Positions 8,912 to 18,985 are shown, counted from the first letter of the stretch. The stretch: 32,000 bases of DNA from Candidatus Atelocyanobacterium thalassa isolate ALOHA (GCF_000025125.1 NC_013771.1:420001-452000); one strand, 5' to 3'. A program made the numbers and translations. The notes: generated from the letters alone by a model not told the origin.

Positions 8912-10012
8912 TTAGATGTAATAGCTTTTTAAAAGATTCTCAACAATTGATAATAAATCTTTCTCTGTTAAATTATAAGAAATGCTAGAAGCTACAGCAC
9001 ATGCTCCAGCACCCATGCCTTCTTTAACATATCCTTTCTCATAAACCTGCAATTGTTCATAGCAAGATTTAGAAAAATTTAATTGAGTTGCTAGTAAAGG
9101 AACTCCTCCTATTGATTTTGCTAATCCTAATATATCTCCACTCTTATCTTCTAAAATCCATCGTGTTGTTCCTACAAGAATATTTTCTAAGTTTGCTTTA
9201 TAGTGAAATGTTTTTACAATAATTTTTATTAATTGATATACTGCTAGCATTTGTGTACCTCCTGCTAGTATTAAACCAGTTTTTAAGCTAGCTGAAATTG
9301 CCATTCCAGCTACAGTAATTTGCATAGGATCTCCAATCGAAGCAATTAATTCGAAGGGGTTGATTGGAGCATCAGCAAAACTATGATTAGCTTTCTTAAA
9401 ACCCTCATTAATTATTAATTCTTTATAACTATGATTGCAGTAAGGATAACTGCTATTAACTTTCTGTGACGCATTAATCCCTAATCCTTTGAGCACAGCC
9501 AATGCTGTTGTTGTCCCACCTACAACACATTCACCTAAAACTAAATATTTTTTGTTTGAATTCTCAGTTAATTTTTCACCCCAAGCTAGACCTTCATAAA
9601 ATAAATTAATAACTAACTCTAAGGGTAATGCTTTGCCACTACTTAAACAATTAGCCGGCTTTCCTTTTAAATTAATACAAGGAAAAGATGGATTTAGTGG
9701 CAACCCAGTATTGAATAAATATAAAGGAATCTGACAGTAATCAATAATTGCACGTGTAATAAATACAGGAGAAACTCCTTGAATTAAAGGTGGTAAGGGA
9801 TATTTACATGGAGCACTTATTCCTTTAACTAAAAATTCTGCATCTGCTAATGCTGTATATTTTCTAGCTTCTGGAGTAGATCCTGCTAATGAAATATTTG
9901 GGATTAGAGCAGTTTTGGTGAATCCTAAAATACAAACGAAAAGAGGAGAAAATTTATCATAAGTACTAATCCATTTATTTGCTAAAGATTTCTCGCTATA
10001 TGTATAGAACAT
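8912..10012 (-). CDS. UPF0284 / archaeal-type CobT-like protein (TIGR00303 family, NaMN:base phosphoribosyltransferase-like)
   Basis: FVCILGFTKTALIPNISLAGSTPE..YTALADAEFL, YPLPPL, GECVVGGTTTALAVLKGLGI, KVNSSYP.CNH, GDPMQ. This is the pattern I recall for cyanobacterial UPF0284 proteins. The ATG at 10012 is preferred over the upstream TTG at 10048. Confidence 0.7.
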   Translation of the reverse strand: MFYTYSEKSLANKWISTYDKFSPLFVCILGFTKTALIPNISLAGSTPEARKYTALADAEFLVKGISAPCKYPLPPLIQGVSPVFITRAIIDYCQIPLYLFNTGLPLNPSFPCINLKGKPANCLSSGKALPLELVINLFYEGLAWGEKLTENSNKKYLVLGECVVGGTTTALAVLKGLGINASQKVNSSYPYCNHSYKELIINEGFKKANHSFADAPINPFELIASIGDPMQITVAGMAISASLKTGLILAGGTQMLAVYQLIKIIVKTFHYKANLENILVGTTRWILEDKSGDILGLAKSIGGVPLLATQLNFSKSCYEQLQVYEKGYVKEGMGAGACAVASSISYNLTEKDLLSIVENLLKSYYI

Positions 10013-10456
10013 TCTTTTATTTAATTTGGGAACATTATGGCAGCACAAACGACCAGTTTTAATTTAAATATTTACTGACATACTAGTATAAATAAACTAC
10101 ATATTATTTATATAAAAAAATTAATACTCGACTTTAAAGGGAAAAGCTATAAACAAATCAATTTTATTAAAGTCTATTATATTAATATAATCTTTTATTT
10201 CTTTGCCCGTAAAGGATAATAGTTGATAAAATATATAAGAAGAAGGTAAATAAATTACCTTTCTTGTAAAGGCTTGAAAGTTAGTATGAATTTTTAATTG
10301 ATTAGAAAAGTTAATATTTAACCAATAACAGTGAAATAATTAAAAATACTTTTTATAAACAACTAATTTATTAGAAAATATATTTTGAATTAAAATTATA
10401 AGAACATAAAAGCAGTTTCTAAATTATAAGTTTTTAAATCTTATCTAAATACCAAT

Positions 10457-11566
10457 ATGGATTATCCATCCAGTGATGTCATTGATTATTTTTCAATTGC
10501 CCCTGCTCATATTATTAAAGGGGAAAACGTTATATCTAAAATTGGAGAAAATATTACTCATCTGGGTACTCGGCCTTTAATTGTTGGAGGAGAAAAAACC
10601 CTTCCTATTACTGATAATAATTTAAGAACTATTTTAAAAAAACATAAAGAGATAGTAGTTGTTTCTAAAAGTTATTCTCCTGAATGCTCTGAAACTTCTC
10701 TAAAACACCTCACCTCTTTAGTTCATGAACATAAAGCAGATGTAATTATTGGAGTTGGAGGAGGAAAAGCTCTTGATATGGCGAAAATATTAGCTTACTG
10801 CAATAGGTTACCAATAGTTACAATTCCTACCTCTGGTGCAACTTGTGCTGCATGGACTGCTTTATCTAATATATATACACATCAAGGTATATTTAAATAC
10901 GATGTATCATTATCACGTTGTCCTGATATCTTAATATTAGACTATTCAATTATCAGAACAGCTCCTCAGAGAACTTTAATAGCCGGGATAGGAGATGCTA
11001 TTGCTAAGTGGTATGAAGCATCAATTAGCCTGAAAAATGTTAATAATAGGCAAGTTTTAACAATGACGGCGATTCAACAGGCAAAAACCATAAAAAATAT
11101 ATTATTACAAAAATCTTATATAGCTATTAACAATATATATGGGAAAGAGTGGTTCGAAGTGGTTGATGCTTGTATATTATTAGCTGGTATAGTTAGTGGC
11201 TTAGGTGGTTCTAATTGTAGAACAGTAGCTGCGCATGCAGTTCATAATGGTTTAACTAATATTAAAACAGTACATACAATATTACATGGAGAAAAAGTAG
11301 CTTATGGTATTTTAGTCCAATTAAGATTGGAAGAAATAATGCAAAATAGTCAACTAGCAGCAATTTCGAGACAACAACTTTTAAAATTTTATCAAAAGAT
11401 TGGTTTGCCACGAAATTTAAAAGAATTAGGATTAGATAAAATAACAAAAGAAGAATTAAATCTTATAGCTCAAATAATTTGTCGTCCAGATTCTGATATT
11501 CATCGACTACCTTTTACTGTATCCTCAAAACAATTATTATTAGCAATGAGATCAACAGCGCAATAA
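10457..11566 (+). CDS. Iron-containing alcohol dehydrogenase family, glycerol dehydrogenase (GldA)-like
   Basis: VIIGVGGGKALDMAKILA, PIVTIPTSGATCAAWTALSNIY, GIGDAIAKWYEA, AAHAVHNGLT, LHGEKVAYGILVQL. These are the GldA-type NAD and metal-binding motifs. Confidence 0.75.
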   Translation: MDYPSSDVIDYFSIAPAHIIKGENVISKIGENITHLGTRPLIVGGEKTLPITDNNLRTILKKHKEIVVVSKSYSPECSETSLKHLTSLVHEHKADVIIGVGGGKALDMAKILAYCNRLPIVTIPTSGATCAAWTALSNIYTHQGIFKYDVSLSRCPDILILDYSIIRTAPQRTLIAGIGDAIAKWYEASISLKNVNNRQVLTMTAIQQAKTIKNILLQKSYIAINNIYGKEWFEVVDACILLAGIVSGLGGSNCRTVAAHAVHNGLTNIKTVHTILHGEKVAYGILVQLRLEEIMQNSQLAAISRQQLLKFYQKIGLPRNLKELGLDKITKEELNLIAQIICRPDSDIHRLPFTVSSKQLLLAMRSTAQ

Positions 11567-11899
11567 TTGTTTCAACTAAAATAAAATCTTTTATCCTAAT
11601 TGACTATTACCAGCAAATAATATAATTTTTATTATTAGATTCTTTAAATAGTTAAAGTTAAGTATTCAATATAATTATTCGTTAAGAAAGATATCAGTCA
11701 TTCTTCCACTTATTATTTATCATCGTAATGAAAAATAAGTTTAATCCTTTAAAATGGAATAAGAGATAAATTGTTTTTGAAACTTCATTAAAGCAGCAAG
11801 GAACAAAATGTAGCTTTTAATCAATCTTTAATTTATGACATTAGAAATTTCAAAATTAATTAAGTAGCAGGACCTTTTATACATACTAGGAGACAACAA

Positions 11900-12340
11900 A
11901 TGAACAGTTTTATTTTAATGGCTAAAGTTATTAGTAATCCTGAATTAAGATATACTTCAGATACTCAAAAAGAAGTGACTCAGATGCTTGTAGAGTTTGA
12001 AGGCGGTCGTTTGGAAGACTCGTTTCGCACTTTAAAAATTGTAGGTTGGGGTAATCTAGCTGCTAATATGAAAACAAATTGTCATGAAGGTGATATGTTA
12101 GTAATTGAGGGTAGATTATCTACTAATACCTTTGAACGTAAAGAAGGATTTAAAGAAAAGAGAGTTGAATTAGTGGCATCAAATTTTTATCCTATTCATA
12201 AATCTTCTAGTCCAGATAATTCAAATAACTCTAATGTAAATTTAGATATGTATCAAAGTGAAGATGATAGTAACTATAATCCAGAACAATTAAATAGTAG
12301 TGTTACAGTTGCTGAGAATGATGATCCAATTCCTTTTTAG
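11900..12340 (+). CDS. ssb: Single-stranded DNA-binding protein
   Basis: OB-fold N-domain (MNSFILMAKVISNPELRYTSD..., GWGNLA, GDMLVIEGRLSTNTFERKEG), a low-complexity Asn/Ser-rich linker, and the canonical acidic C-terminal tip DDPIPF. SD AGGAG lies 8 nt upstream. Confidence 0.9.
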   Translation: MNSFILMAKVISNPELRYTSDTQKEVTQMLVEFEGGRLEDSFRTLKIVGWGNLAANMKTNCHEGDMLVIEGRLSTNTFERKEGFKEKRVELVASNFYPIHKSSSPDNSNNSNVNLDMYQSEDDSNYNPEQLNSSVTVAENDDPIPF

Positions 12341-12554
12341 TTAGGATAAGTTTAAGGAATTTCTAAAACTCAGGTCAGACTTTTAAAAACGCTGGATAAT
12401 AGATCATATACTTAGCATTAATTACTTATGTATTACTATGATCATTTTCTTTATTTCTTCTGTGAATATATTTATTAATATACGTTGCAACATAATTAGA
12501 AGAATAATTATCACTATTATTTAATCATTTTTATTAAGATATTTGGAGAAAGTT

Positions 12555-13061
12555 ATGGATTTGAAACTCATCCCTGCTCAGCCTAAATTAGGTTTAGTTA
12601 ATATCTTAGTAGAAATTCCTGCAGGAAGTAAGAACAAGTATGAATTTGATAGAAACATGCAATCTTTTACTTTAGAGAAGGTATTGCATACCTCTGTACA
12701 TTATCCTTATGATTACGGTTTTATTCCAAATACAATAGCAGAAGATGGAGATCCTTTAGATGGAATGGTAATCATGGACCAACCAACTTTTCCTGGATGC
12801 ATAATTGCTTCACGACCTATTGGAATGCTTGAAATAATTGATGGAAAGAAATACGATCAGAAAATTTTATGCATTCCTGATAAAGATGTACGTTTTGATT
12901 ATGTAAAGTCTTTAAATGATATTGATACTCATCGTTTAGATGAAATTGCTGAATTCTTCCGGACTTATACAAACCTTGAAAAAAAGACTACAAAAATTCT
13001 AGGTTGGAAAAATATAGAAGCTGTTTCTTCTCTAATTCAAAAGTGTATTAGGAATAACTAA
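12555..13061 (+). CDS. ppa: Inorganic pyrophosphatase, family I
   Basis: [32 protein letters not shown] motifs. The ATG at 12555 with GGAG upstream is preferred over the TTG at 12543. Confidence 0.93.
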   Translation: MDLKLIPAQPKLGLVNILVEIPAGSKNKYEFDRNMQSFTLEKVLHTSVHYPYDYGFIPNTIAEDGDPLDGMVIMDQPTFPGCIIASRPIGMLEIIDGKKYDQKILCIPDKDVRFDYVKSLNDIDTHRLDEIAEFFRTYTNLEKKTTKILGWKNIEAVSSLIQKCIRNN

Positions 13062-13156
13062 AATTAAAGGTTATTCATTGTAGAAAAAATAAATTGCTCT
13101 TTTAAAAAGAAAACATTACTATTTAAAGTATCAGTTCCCATTTTTACCTAGTCCTT

Positions 13157-13516
13157 ATGTTAGTTAAATATACTACTCGACATATCCGAATCTTTACAGC
13201 TGAAATCAAAGAAAATGAGTTGGTTGAAAATGATAAAATACTTACTCTAGATATTGATCCTGACAATGAATTTGTTTGGAATGAAGATATTTTAGAAAAA
13301 GTTTACCGTAGATTTGATGAACTAATAGAATCTTCTAGTGGAGAAGATTTAACTGATTATAATCTCAATTATATTGGCTCATCTTTAGAAGACTTTATTC
13401 GTGATCTTTTACAAAAAGGTGAAATTAGTTATAACTTAGAGGGACGTTCTCCAAATTATAGTATGGGATTACCTAGAGTTAAAAATCTAGAAACCGAAGG
13501 TAAGTACCATCTATAA
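13157..13516 (+). CDS. ndhM: NAD(P)H-quinone oxidoreductase (NDH-1) subunit M
   Basis: TTRHIRIFTAE...NELV, LTLDIDPDNEFVWNED.LEKVYRRFDELIES, DLTDYNL..IGS.LE.FIR.LLQKGEISYNL, NYSMGLPRV. It is collinear with cyanobacterial NdhM as I remember it. Confidence 0.9.
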   Translation: MLVKYTTRHIRIFTAEIKENELVENDKILTLDIDPDNEFVWNEDILEKVYRRFDELIESSSGEDLTDYNLNYIGSSLEDFIRDLLQKGEISYNLEGRSPNYSMGLPRVKNLETEGKYHL

Positions 13517-13533
13517 AATAGTTAATTCTTAAT

Positions 13534-13562
13534 CTCTAAGATATTTTGAAAATATCTTAGAG
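13534..13562 (+). terminator. Intrinsic terminator after ndhM
   Basis: Perfect palindrome with 14-bp arms: ctctaagatatttt g aaaatatcttagag. It lies 18 nt after the ndhM stop codon. Confidence 0.6.
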
Positions 13563-13755
13563 GATTATTTCTACCTAAATTATTATTGTTTTAAAATATA
13601 CAAACAATATATATTCAAAATAGTAGTTATTTTTTGGAAAATTAATTTAAACGAATATTTCATCACTATACATATGATATTTAAACCACAATTTTTATAG
13701 TAATCTTGTGAACTTATCTTATTTATAAGTTTTTATAATCTTTTCGAAATTTATC

Positions 13756-14604
13756 ATGTCACCCTCTATAAGTACAACTAAAAAGCTAATGCGCCTAGGC
13801 ATAGCAATAACACTTTTTTGGTTATTTATTGCATTATTTTCGCCACTTTTACAAATAATAGGTGTTTTGCAGGATCCCACAGAGTTGTTAAGTAACATGC
13901 CAAGAGAAGCTCCTAGTATAAGCCATTTACTAGGTACTGATATTAGAGGTTATGATGTATTGTCAAGAACATTAATAGGCTCACAAGCTGCCTTGAAAGT
14001 TGTATTTCTTTCAACTATTTTTTCTTTAGTTATAGGTGTGCCATCTGGATTAATTAGCGGATATCTAGGGGGAAAGTTAGATAAATTTCTTATGTTTCTG
14101 ATGGATACTATTTACACTATTCCTGGATTATTACTATCTGTTACCCTATCTTTTATTTTAGGAAAAGGTATAGTTAATATTGCAATTGCAGTAAGCATTG
14201 CTTACGTTCCTCAGTATTATCGTATCATACGTAATCATACGAATAGTATCAAAAATCAACTATTTATTGAAGCAGCACAAGCTATAGGAGCTACTCCTCG
14301 AACCATTCTATATCGCTATTTATTTTTAAATGTTATTCAAAATGTTCCTGTAGTTTTTACGTTAAATGCTGCAGATGCCATCTTGGTATTAGGAGGATTA
14401 GGGTTTTTAGGCTTGGGATTGCCTGAAGAAGTAGCAGAGTGGGGTCATGATCTTAAAGAGGCACTACCAAGTTTATCTACAGGAATATGGTGGACTACTT
14501 TATTCCCAGGACTTGCGATGACATCAATGGTGGTCGGATTATCACTTATTGGTGAAGGAATTAGTGAAATATTCATACCCTCTTTACGTAATGAAAATAA
14601 ATGA
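13756..14604 (+). CDS. ABC transporter permease, DppC/OppC/NikC type (binding-protein-dependent transport inner membrane component)
   Basis: About 6 TM segments and an EAA loop (IEAAQAIGATPRTILYRYLFLNV). The N-terminal TM is followed by HLLGTD..G.D.LSR, typical of DppC/OppC. No cognate ATPase, DppB-type permease or binding protein is adjacent. Confidence 0.85.
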   Translation: MSPSISTTKKLMRLGIAITLFWLFIALFSPLLQIIGVLQDPTELLSNMPREAPSISHLLGTDIRGYDVLSRTLIGSQAALKVVFLSTIFSLVIGVPSGLISGYLGGKLDKFLMFLMDTIYTIPGLLLSVTLSFILGKGIVNIAIAVSIAYVPQYYRIIRNHTNSIKNQLFIEAAQAIGATPRTILYRYLFLNVIQNVPVVFTLNAADAILVLGGLGFLGLGLPEEVAEWGHDLKEALPSLSTGIWWTTLFPGLAMTSMVVGLSLIGEGISEIFIPSLRNENK

Positions 14605-15584
14605 GAGTTAAAGATATTGGAGAACAAAAGCTTTTAGAACAGATAAAATCATTTTGCTCTGAAAATCTTATTGGTGATGATGGAGCAGTTCTATCCATAG
14701 ACCCTCTGCAAAAAATAGTAGTTACAACTGATGTTCTCGTTGATGGAGTACATTTTAGTGACAAAACGACTCCTCCTAGCTCAGTTGGATGGCGTTCTGT
14801 AGCTGCAAATTTGTCAGATTTGGCTGCTATGGGGGCTGCTCCAGTCGCGATTACTATAGGGTTAGCAATACCTAAAGAATTACCAATTAAATGGATAAAG
14901 TCTTTATATAGTGGAATAAATATTATGTTAAATAAATATAATATACCTATAGTAGGAGGAGATCTTTGTCATTCTCCTGTAAAAACAATTAGCATAACTG
15001 CTATAGGTAAAGTATATCCTAATCATATTATTAAACGATCTACAGCTAAGCCAAATCAAGTAATTCTTGTTACAGGTCACCATGGAATGTCAAGAGCAGG
15101 GCTGGAAATACTTTCTAATCCAAGATTGGCAAGAGATTTAAATAAAGATATACGGTTAAAATTTATCAATGCCCATCAAAATCCTCAACCTCGTTTAGAT
15201 GTTTTACCTTATCTTTGGAATACTATGAAAACTCATAAAATAGCAGGAATGGATAGTAGTGACGGTTTGGCAGATGCAATTATCAAAATATGTCAGATGA
15301 GTAACGTTGGGGCAGAGATAGAACAATCAAAAATTCCCATGATAGCTAAATTATCTAAATGGATACCTAAGGAAGAAGCACTAAGATGGGTTTTATATGG
15401 AGGAGAAGACTTTGAACTAGTGTTGTGTTTACCTCAAGAGATAGCTCTTAAACTACTTCCTCAGTTAGGGGAAAATGCTCATATTATCGGCAAAATAACT
15501 CAAAAAAAATCTGTCACTTTACTGAATGATAATTCAGAAGATTTACCTTTAGACCTCTCTAAAGGATTTCAACATTTTTATTAG
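14601..15584 (+). CDS. thiL: Thiamine-monophosphate kinase
   Basis: IGEQKLL, GDDGAVL, VTTDVLVDGVHF, GW.SVAANLSDLAAMGA.P, GGDL, DSSDGLADA. The ATG overlaps the permease stop codon (ATGA at 14601-14604). Confidence 0.9.
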   Translation: MRVKDIGEQKLLEQIKSFCSENLIGDDGAVLSIDPLQKIVVTTDVLVDGVHFSDKTTPPSSVGWRSVAANLSDLAAMGAAPVAITIGLAIPKELPIKWIKSLYSGINIMLNKYNIPIVGGDLCHSPVKTISITAIGKVYPNHIIKRSTAKPNQVILVTGHHGMSRAGLEILSNPRLARDLNKDIRLKFINAHQNPQPRLDVLPYLWNTMKTHKIAGMDSSDGLADAIIKICQMSNVGAEIEQSKIPMIAKLSKWIPKEEALRWVLYGGEDFELVLCLPQEIALKLLPQLGENAHIIGKITQKKSVTLLNDNSEDLPLDLSKGFQHFY

Positions 15585-15658
15585 TTAAAAAACTTCAATA
15601 TTGCAAAAATTAAGAATAAAAAAACGGTATTCTTATAAATTATGTATTCATCAAAAAT

Positions 15659-15961
15659 ATGAAAAATATCCTATTTCATACAATCATAGTGATTAATTTA
15701 ATGTTAAAAATTACGGAAGCTCAAGTAGGACTTACACTGCCTCCTCCACAAGATATTCCTGAAGAGATCTTACGTAACGAAGTGATTATAGAAGGACGTT
15801 CTGAATTAACTGGAGAAATCCTAAATTCTTCAGAGTATGCTAAAGAGAAGGAAGAATTATCTAAAAGCGCTTATCATCCTGAAGTAAATACAAAATTAAA
15901 ACATCTTGTGTTCTTGTTAAAAATAAGAAAGATGTTAAAAACTATTGTGCCTATATTATAA
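15659..15961 (+). CDS. Hypothetical small protein with an N-terminal hydrophobic (signal-like) segment
   Basis: 100-aa ORF that fills an otherwise empty gap. It has an N-terminal hydrophobic stretch, then PPPQDIPEEILRNEVIIEGRS. No clear SD and no family assigned. Confidence 0.5.
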   Translation: MKNILFHTIIVINLMLKITEAQVGLTLPPPQDIPEEILRNEVIIEGRSELTGEILNSSEYAKEKEELSKSAYHPEVNTKLKHLVFLLKIRKMLKTIVPIL

Positions 15962-15982
15962 AAAAAGATTCTTTAAATAATT

Positions 15983-16012
15983 ACTTATAGTCATAAAGTT
16001 ATTACTATAAGT
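15983..16012. terminator. Hairpin between a convergent gene pair (hypothetical / queG)
   Basis: 9-bp stem: acttatagt (15983-15991) pairs with actataagt (16004-16012), 12-nt loop. Confidence 0.4.
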
Positions 16013-16060
16013 CTTATCTTAAAAAGTATTAAATAAAATAATAAAAGGTTAGTGCTAGCG

Positions 16061-16978
16061 TTATAAATTAGCCTTAGCATTTCTCCGCCAAGCTTTTACT
16101 TTTATCCTTTTTAGCGAAGAAGATGAAAACTTTTGTTGCCATTGTATTTCTGTAAGATTGGATATTTCTTTCAAGTCAAGTGATATATTTCCAGGTTGAG
16201 GATAAAAATCTTGAATATTTGTTTCTTTAGAAAAGCGTTTATTCCAAGGGCAAACATCTTGACAAAGATCACATCCAGCAATCCATCCGTTTAAATTATT
16301 TTTTATGTATTCAGGGAAATCATTTGATCGGTTTTCAATAGTATTGTACGCAATACATCTTCTAGAATCTACTACGAATGGATGAACAATAGCTTTTGTA
16401 GGGCATATATCTAAACATTTTCTGCATGTACCGCAGTATTTAGCATGAGGAGTATCACTAGTTAAACTTAAGTTAGTTAAAACTACTCCTAAAAACACCC
16501 AACTACCAAATTCTTTAGTAATAACATTACCATTCTTCGCAATCCATCCGACTCCCGAACGTTCTGCCCAAACCTTTTCCTGTATAGGTCCCGTATCAAC
16601 ATAACAAGTAGTCTTTATACCTCTATTATTTAACCATTTACAGAAAAGTTTAAGTTTTTGGCTTAATACTTTATGATAGTCTTTTCCCCAAGCATAGCGA
16701 GAGACTTTACCATACCTTGAATTACTTGAATGCTGATGAGGAGTATAATAATTTAAAGCAACGGTTATAACCGATTGAATATCTGGCATGCATTGAGTAA
16801 TATCAAATCGTTTAGGATTGTCCATCCATGTCATATCTGCTTGGTATCCTGAGGATAACCAACCTTGTAAATTAGAAACGGCATTATCCTGATAAGCTAT
16901 ATGGGGATTAGCAATACCTATTTTATGAAATCCTATATCGCGGCCTTTATTTTTAATTTCTTCAGTAATCGATAGCAT
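16061..16978 (-). CDS. queG: Epoxyqueuosine reductase (tRNA epoxyqueuosine(34) reductase)
   Basis: N-terminus GFHKIGIA, then SRYAWGKDYH, and two ferredoxin-type clusters (CGTCRKCLDICPTKAI and CDLCQDVCPWN). Length is typical for QueG. Confidence 0.92.
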   Translation of the reverse strand: MLSITEEIKNKGRDIGFHKIGIANPHIAYQDNAVSNLQGWLSSGYQADMTWMDNPKRFDITQCMPDIQSVITVALNYYTPHQHSSNSRYGKVSRYAWGKDYHKVLSQKLKLFCKWLNNRGIKTTCYVDTGPIQEKVWAERSGVGWIAKNGNVITKEFGSWVFLGVVLTNLSLTSDTPHAKYCGTCRKCLDICPTKAIVHPFVVDSRRCIAYNTIENRSNDFPEYIKNNLNGWIAGCDLCQDVCPWNKRFSKETNIQDFYPQPGNISLDLKEISNLTEIQWQQKFSSSSLKRIKVKAWRRNAKANL

Positions 16979-17022
16979 ACTAAAAATTTAGATAAAAATA
17001 GCAAAAAATATTATTTTTGGAA

Positions 17023-18180
17023 TTAATTATGATTCAAATTATATTTAATCATTTTTCCATGCTTAGTTAATTTATATTTATTATTACGCCATATAACAGT
17101 TCTTTGGGTAAAAGCTAATCCCCAAAAGATCAAACCGAATAAATCTCTTAGAGGTAATAAATACAAGCTTTTAATACTTTCATTGTCTTTCATATCCTGA
17201 GCCACCATAAAAGCAGTAAAAATTCTAACAAGTATTGTTAGAATTAATATTATTAAACTAATTATACTTCCCTGAAGCATATAAAGTATCGCAGCGAATG
17301 GAATGGCGCGAATAAAAATAGTTGAGACAAAAGCTCCAGGTCTTGCTAAATAAGTGTTTTGATCCCAATATACTTGATGATCCCACCATTGTTTCCAACT
17401 ATTCAAATCTACTACAACGTCTATGATGTACGGTAAAAGTACCATTTTTTTACCAGACGTCCATACTCTTCTTCCAATTTCATAGTCTTCTACAAGGTAA
17501 TTCGCTAAGCTTTTTAATCCTCCGAAAGATTCCAAAGTTGACTTTTGGATTGCAATAGATGGACCTAAACATGAATTAGAAGCTTTCGTTACATAAGCAA
17601 AAATAACACTTGGAATAAAGTCTGAATTAATTGTTAACATTTCTAATTTCTCAAAAAAGTTATTAGCTTTTATGAGCTTAAAAGGAGTGCAAACACATCC
17701 AACTTCTTCTTCCATGAAAGGTGCAATGATATTAGAAATATAATTATCTCGTAAATAGGTATCACTATCACTTATTATAAGAAATTCATAGTTTGCTTTA
17801 TCAATTGCTCCTAGAAGATTATTAACTTTACCATTTGCTCCTTCTTCAATCGCACTAATAACAATAGAGACTAGATCTTCACCTAATTCAGATTGAATCT
17901 TCTTTAGTATAGGATAAGCTGGATCTTCTAGATCTTGAACAGAATAAATTATTTGGTAATTAGGATAATTCTGTTTAGCAATACTTTTTAGGTTGTTCTC
18001 TAAATTTTTTTCGAGACCTTTCACAGGTTTCAAGATTGACACTGGTGGAGTAAAACCTTTACTTATATGAGAATTCTTTAGAAAATATTTAGTTGTAAAA
18101 ACAGTGATAATCGAAAAAACAGATCCACATATAATAGGAATCAGGCATAGTAATGATAGTGTGCTAAAAATATCTATCAT
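17023..18180 (-). CDS. Membrane glycosyltransferase, GT2 superfamily / GT21-like (ceramide glucosyltransferase / HpnI-like)
   Basis: N-terminal TM helix, then VSILKPVKGLE, YQIIYSVQD, a DSD motif (LIISDSDTY), and C-terminal TM helices ending in V.WRN.KY.L. Substrate unknown. Confidence 0.75.
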   Translation of the reverse strand: MIDIFSTLSLLCLIPIICGSVFSIITVFTTKYFLKNSHISKGFTPPVSILKPVKGLEKNLENNLKSIAKQNYPNYQIIYSVQDLEDPAYPILKKIQSELGEDLVSIVISAIEEGANGKVNNLLGAIDKANYEFLIISDSDTYLRDNYISNIIAPFMEEEVGCVCTPFKLIKANNFFEKLEMLTINSDFIPSVIFAYVTKASNSCLGPSIAIQKSTLESFGGLKSLANYLVEDYEIGRRVWTSGKKMVLLPYIIDVVVDLNSWKQWWDHQVYWDQNTYLARPGAFVSTIFIRAIPFAAILYMLQGSIISLIILILTILVRIFTAFMVAQDMKDNESIKSLYLLPLRDLFGLIFWGLAFTQRTVIWRNNKYKLTKHGKMIKYNLNHN

Positions 18181-18399
18181 AAGTTGATATATTTTAAAGT
18201 TAATGTATATGCTTACAAATTAAAAATAGATTTGTATACCAAACAGAATCTACCAAATAATTCTTTATTGCTGAAACTTATCTCTGGATAAACAAATTAG
18301 CTACTTCAATTTAGTTAAAGTAGCTTTTGTCAAAATAAAAGATCATTCTTTGGGATTACAGAAATTAATTTACTTATATTTTTATTATTTTGGAGATAG

Positions 18400-18445
18400 A
18401 GTAGCATCTTAATCAGTGATATATATTTCTGATCAAGATGCTACT
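18400..18445 (-). terminator. Hairpin immediately after the infC stop codon
   Basis: 17-bp arms with one mismatch: agtagcatcttaatcag (18400-18416) versus ctgatcaagatgctact (18429-18445). It abuts the TAA of infC. The U-tract on the minus-strand transcript is weak. Confidence 0.45.
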
Positions 18446-18985
18446 TTATTTCAGTTCTTTTTTGGGACTCATTAACATCATCATATTTCGCCCTTCACGT
18501 TTTGGGGCTTGTTGAATTTCAGCTAATTCTTTTAGATCAGCAGCCATGCGACTCAGTAATTCTTGTGCTAAGTTAGCATGTTGAATTTCACGTCCCCGAA
18601 AAGTGATAGTCGCTTTCACTTTATCTCCTGATTTCAGAAATCGCTTAGCTTGATTTACACGGACTTGATAGTCATGCTCGTCAATTTTGTAGCGCATTTT
18701 TACTTCCTTAACATCAGCAGTATGTTGCTTTTTTTTCGCTTCTCTAGCTTTCTTTTCCTGTTCGAATTTATACTTGCCATAATCCATGATTCTACAGACA
18801 GGAGGCTTGGCAGTTTCACTTACAAGAACAAGATCTAGTTCTTGTTCTTGAGCAGTATTTAAAGCTTCTTCTGGGGAGATAATACCGAGCTGTGAACCGT
18901 CACTATCAATTACTCGGATTTCAGGGAAGCGAATTCTTTCGTTAATCTTTGGGAGATCGCGTTGTGTGCGTCTTTTATCTATCAC
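18446..18985 (-). CDS. infC: Translation initiation factor IF-3
   Basis: [59 protein letters not shown] and the C-domain [15 protein letters not shown]. The only start codon upstream of the conserved N-domain is GTG at 18985; the first in-frame ATG is already inside that domain. Confidence 0.93.
   Translation of the reverse strand: MIDKRRTQRDLPKINERIRFPEIRVIDSDGSQLGIISPEEALNTAQEQELDLVLVSETAKPPVCRIMDYGKYKFEQEKKAREAKKKQHTADVKEVKMRYKIDEHDYQVRVNQAKRFLKSGDKVKATITFRGREIQHANLAQELLSRMAADLKELAEIQQAPKREGRNMMMLMSPKKELK

Noticed and set aside
11262-11447. 61-aa - strand ORF
   Set aside because: It lies inside the GldA-like gene on the opposite strand, and its sequence is low-complexity.
14445-14764. 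Two short - strand ORFs (14445..14627 and 14573..14764)
   Set aside because: They are antisense to the permease/thiL junction, which is itself well supported by motifs and translational coupling.
18650-18838. 62-aa + strand ORF
   Set aside because: It is antisense within infC, and its Phe/Leu-rich sequence mirrors the Lys/Glu-rich IF3 linker.
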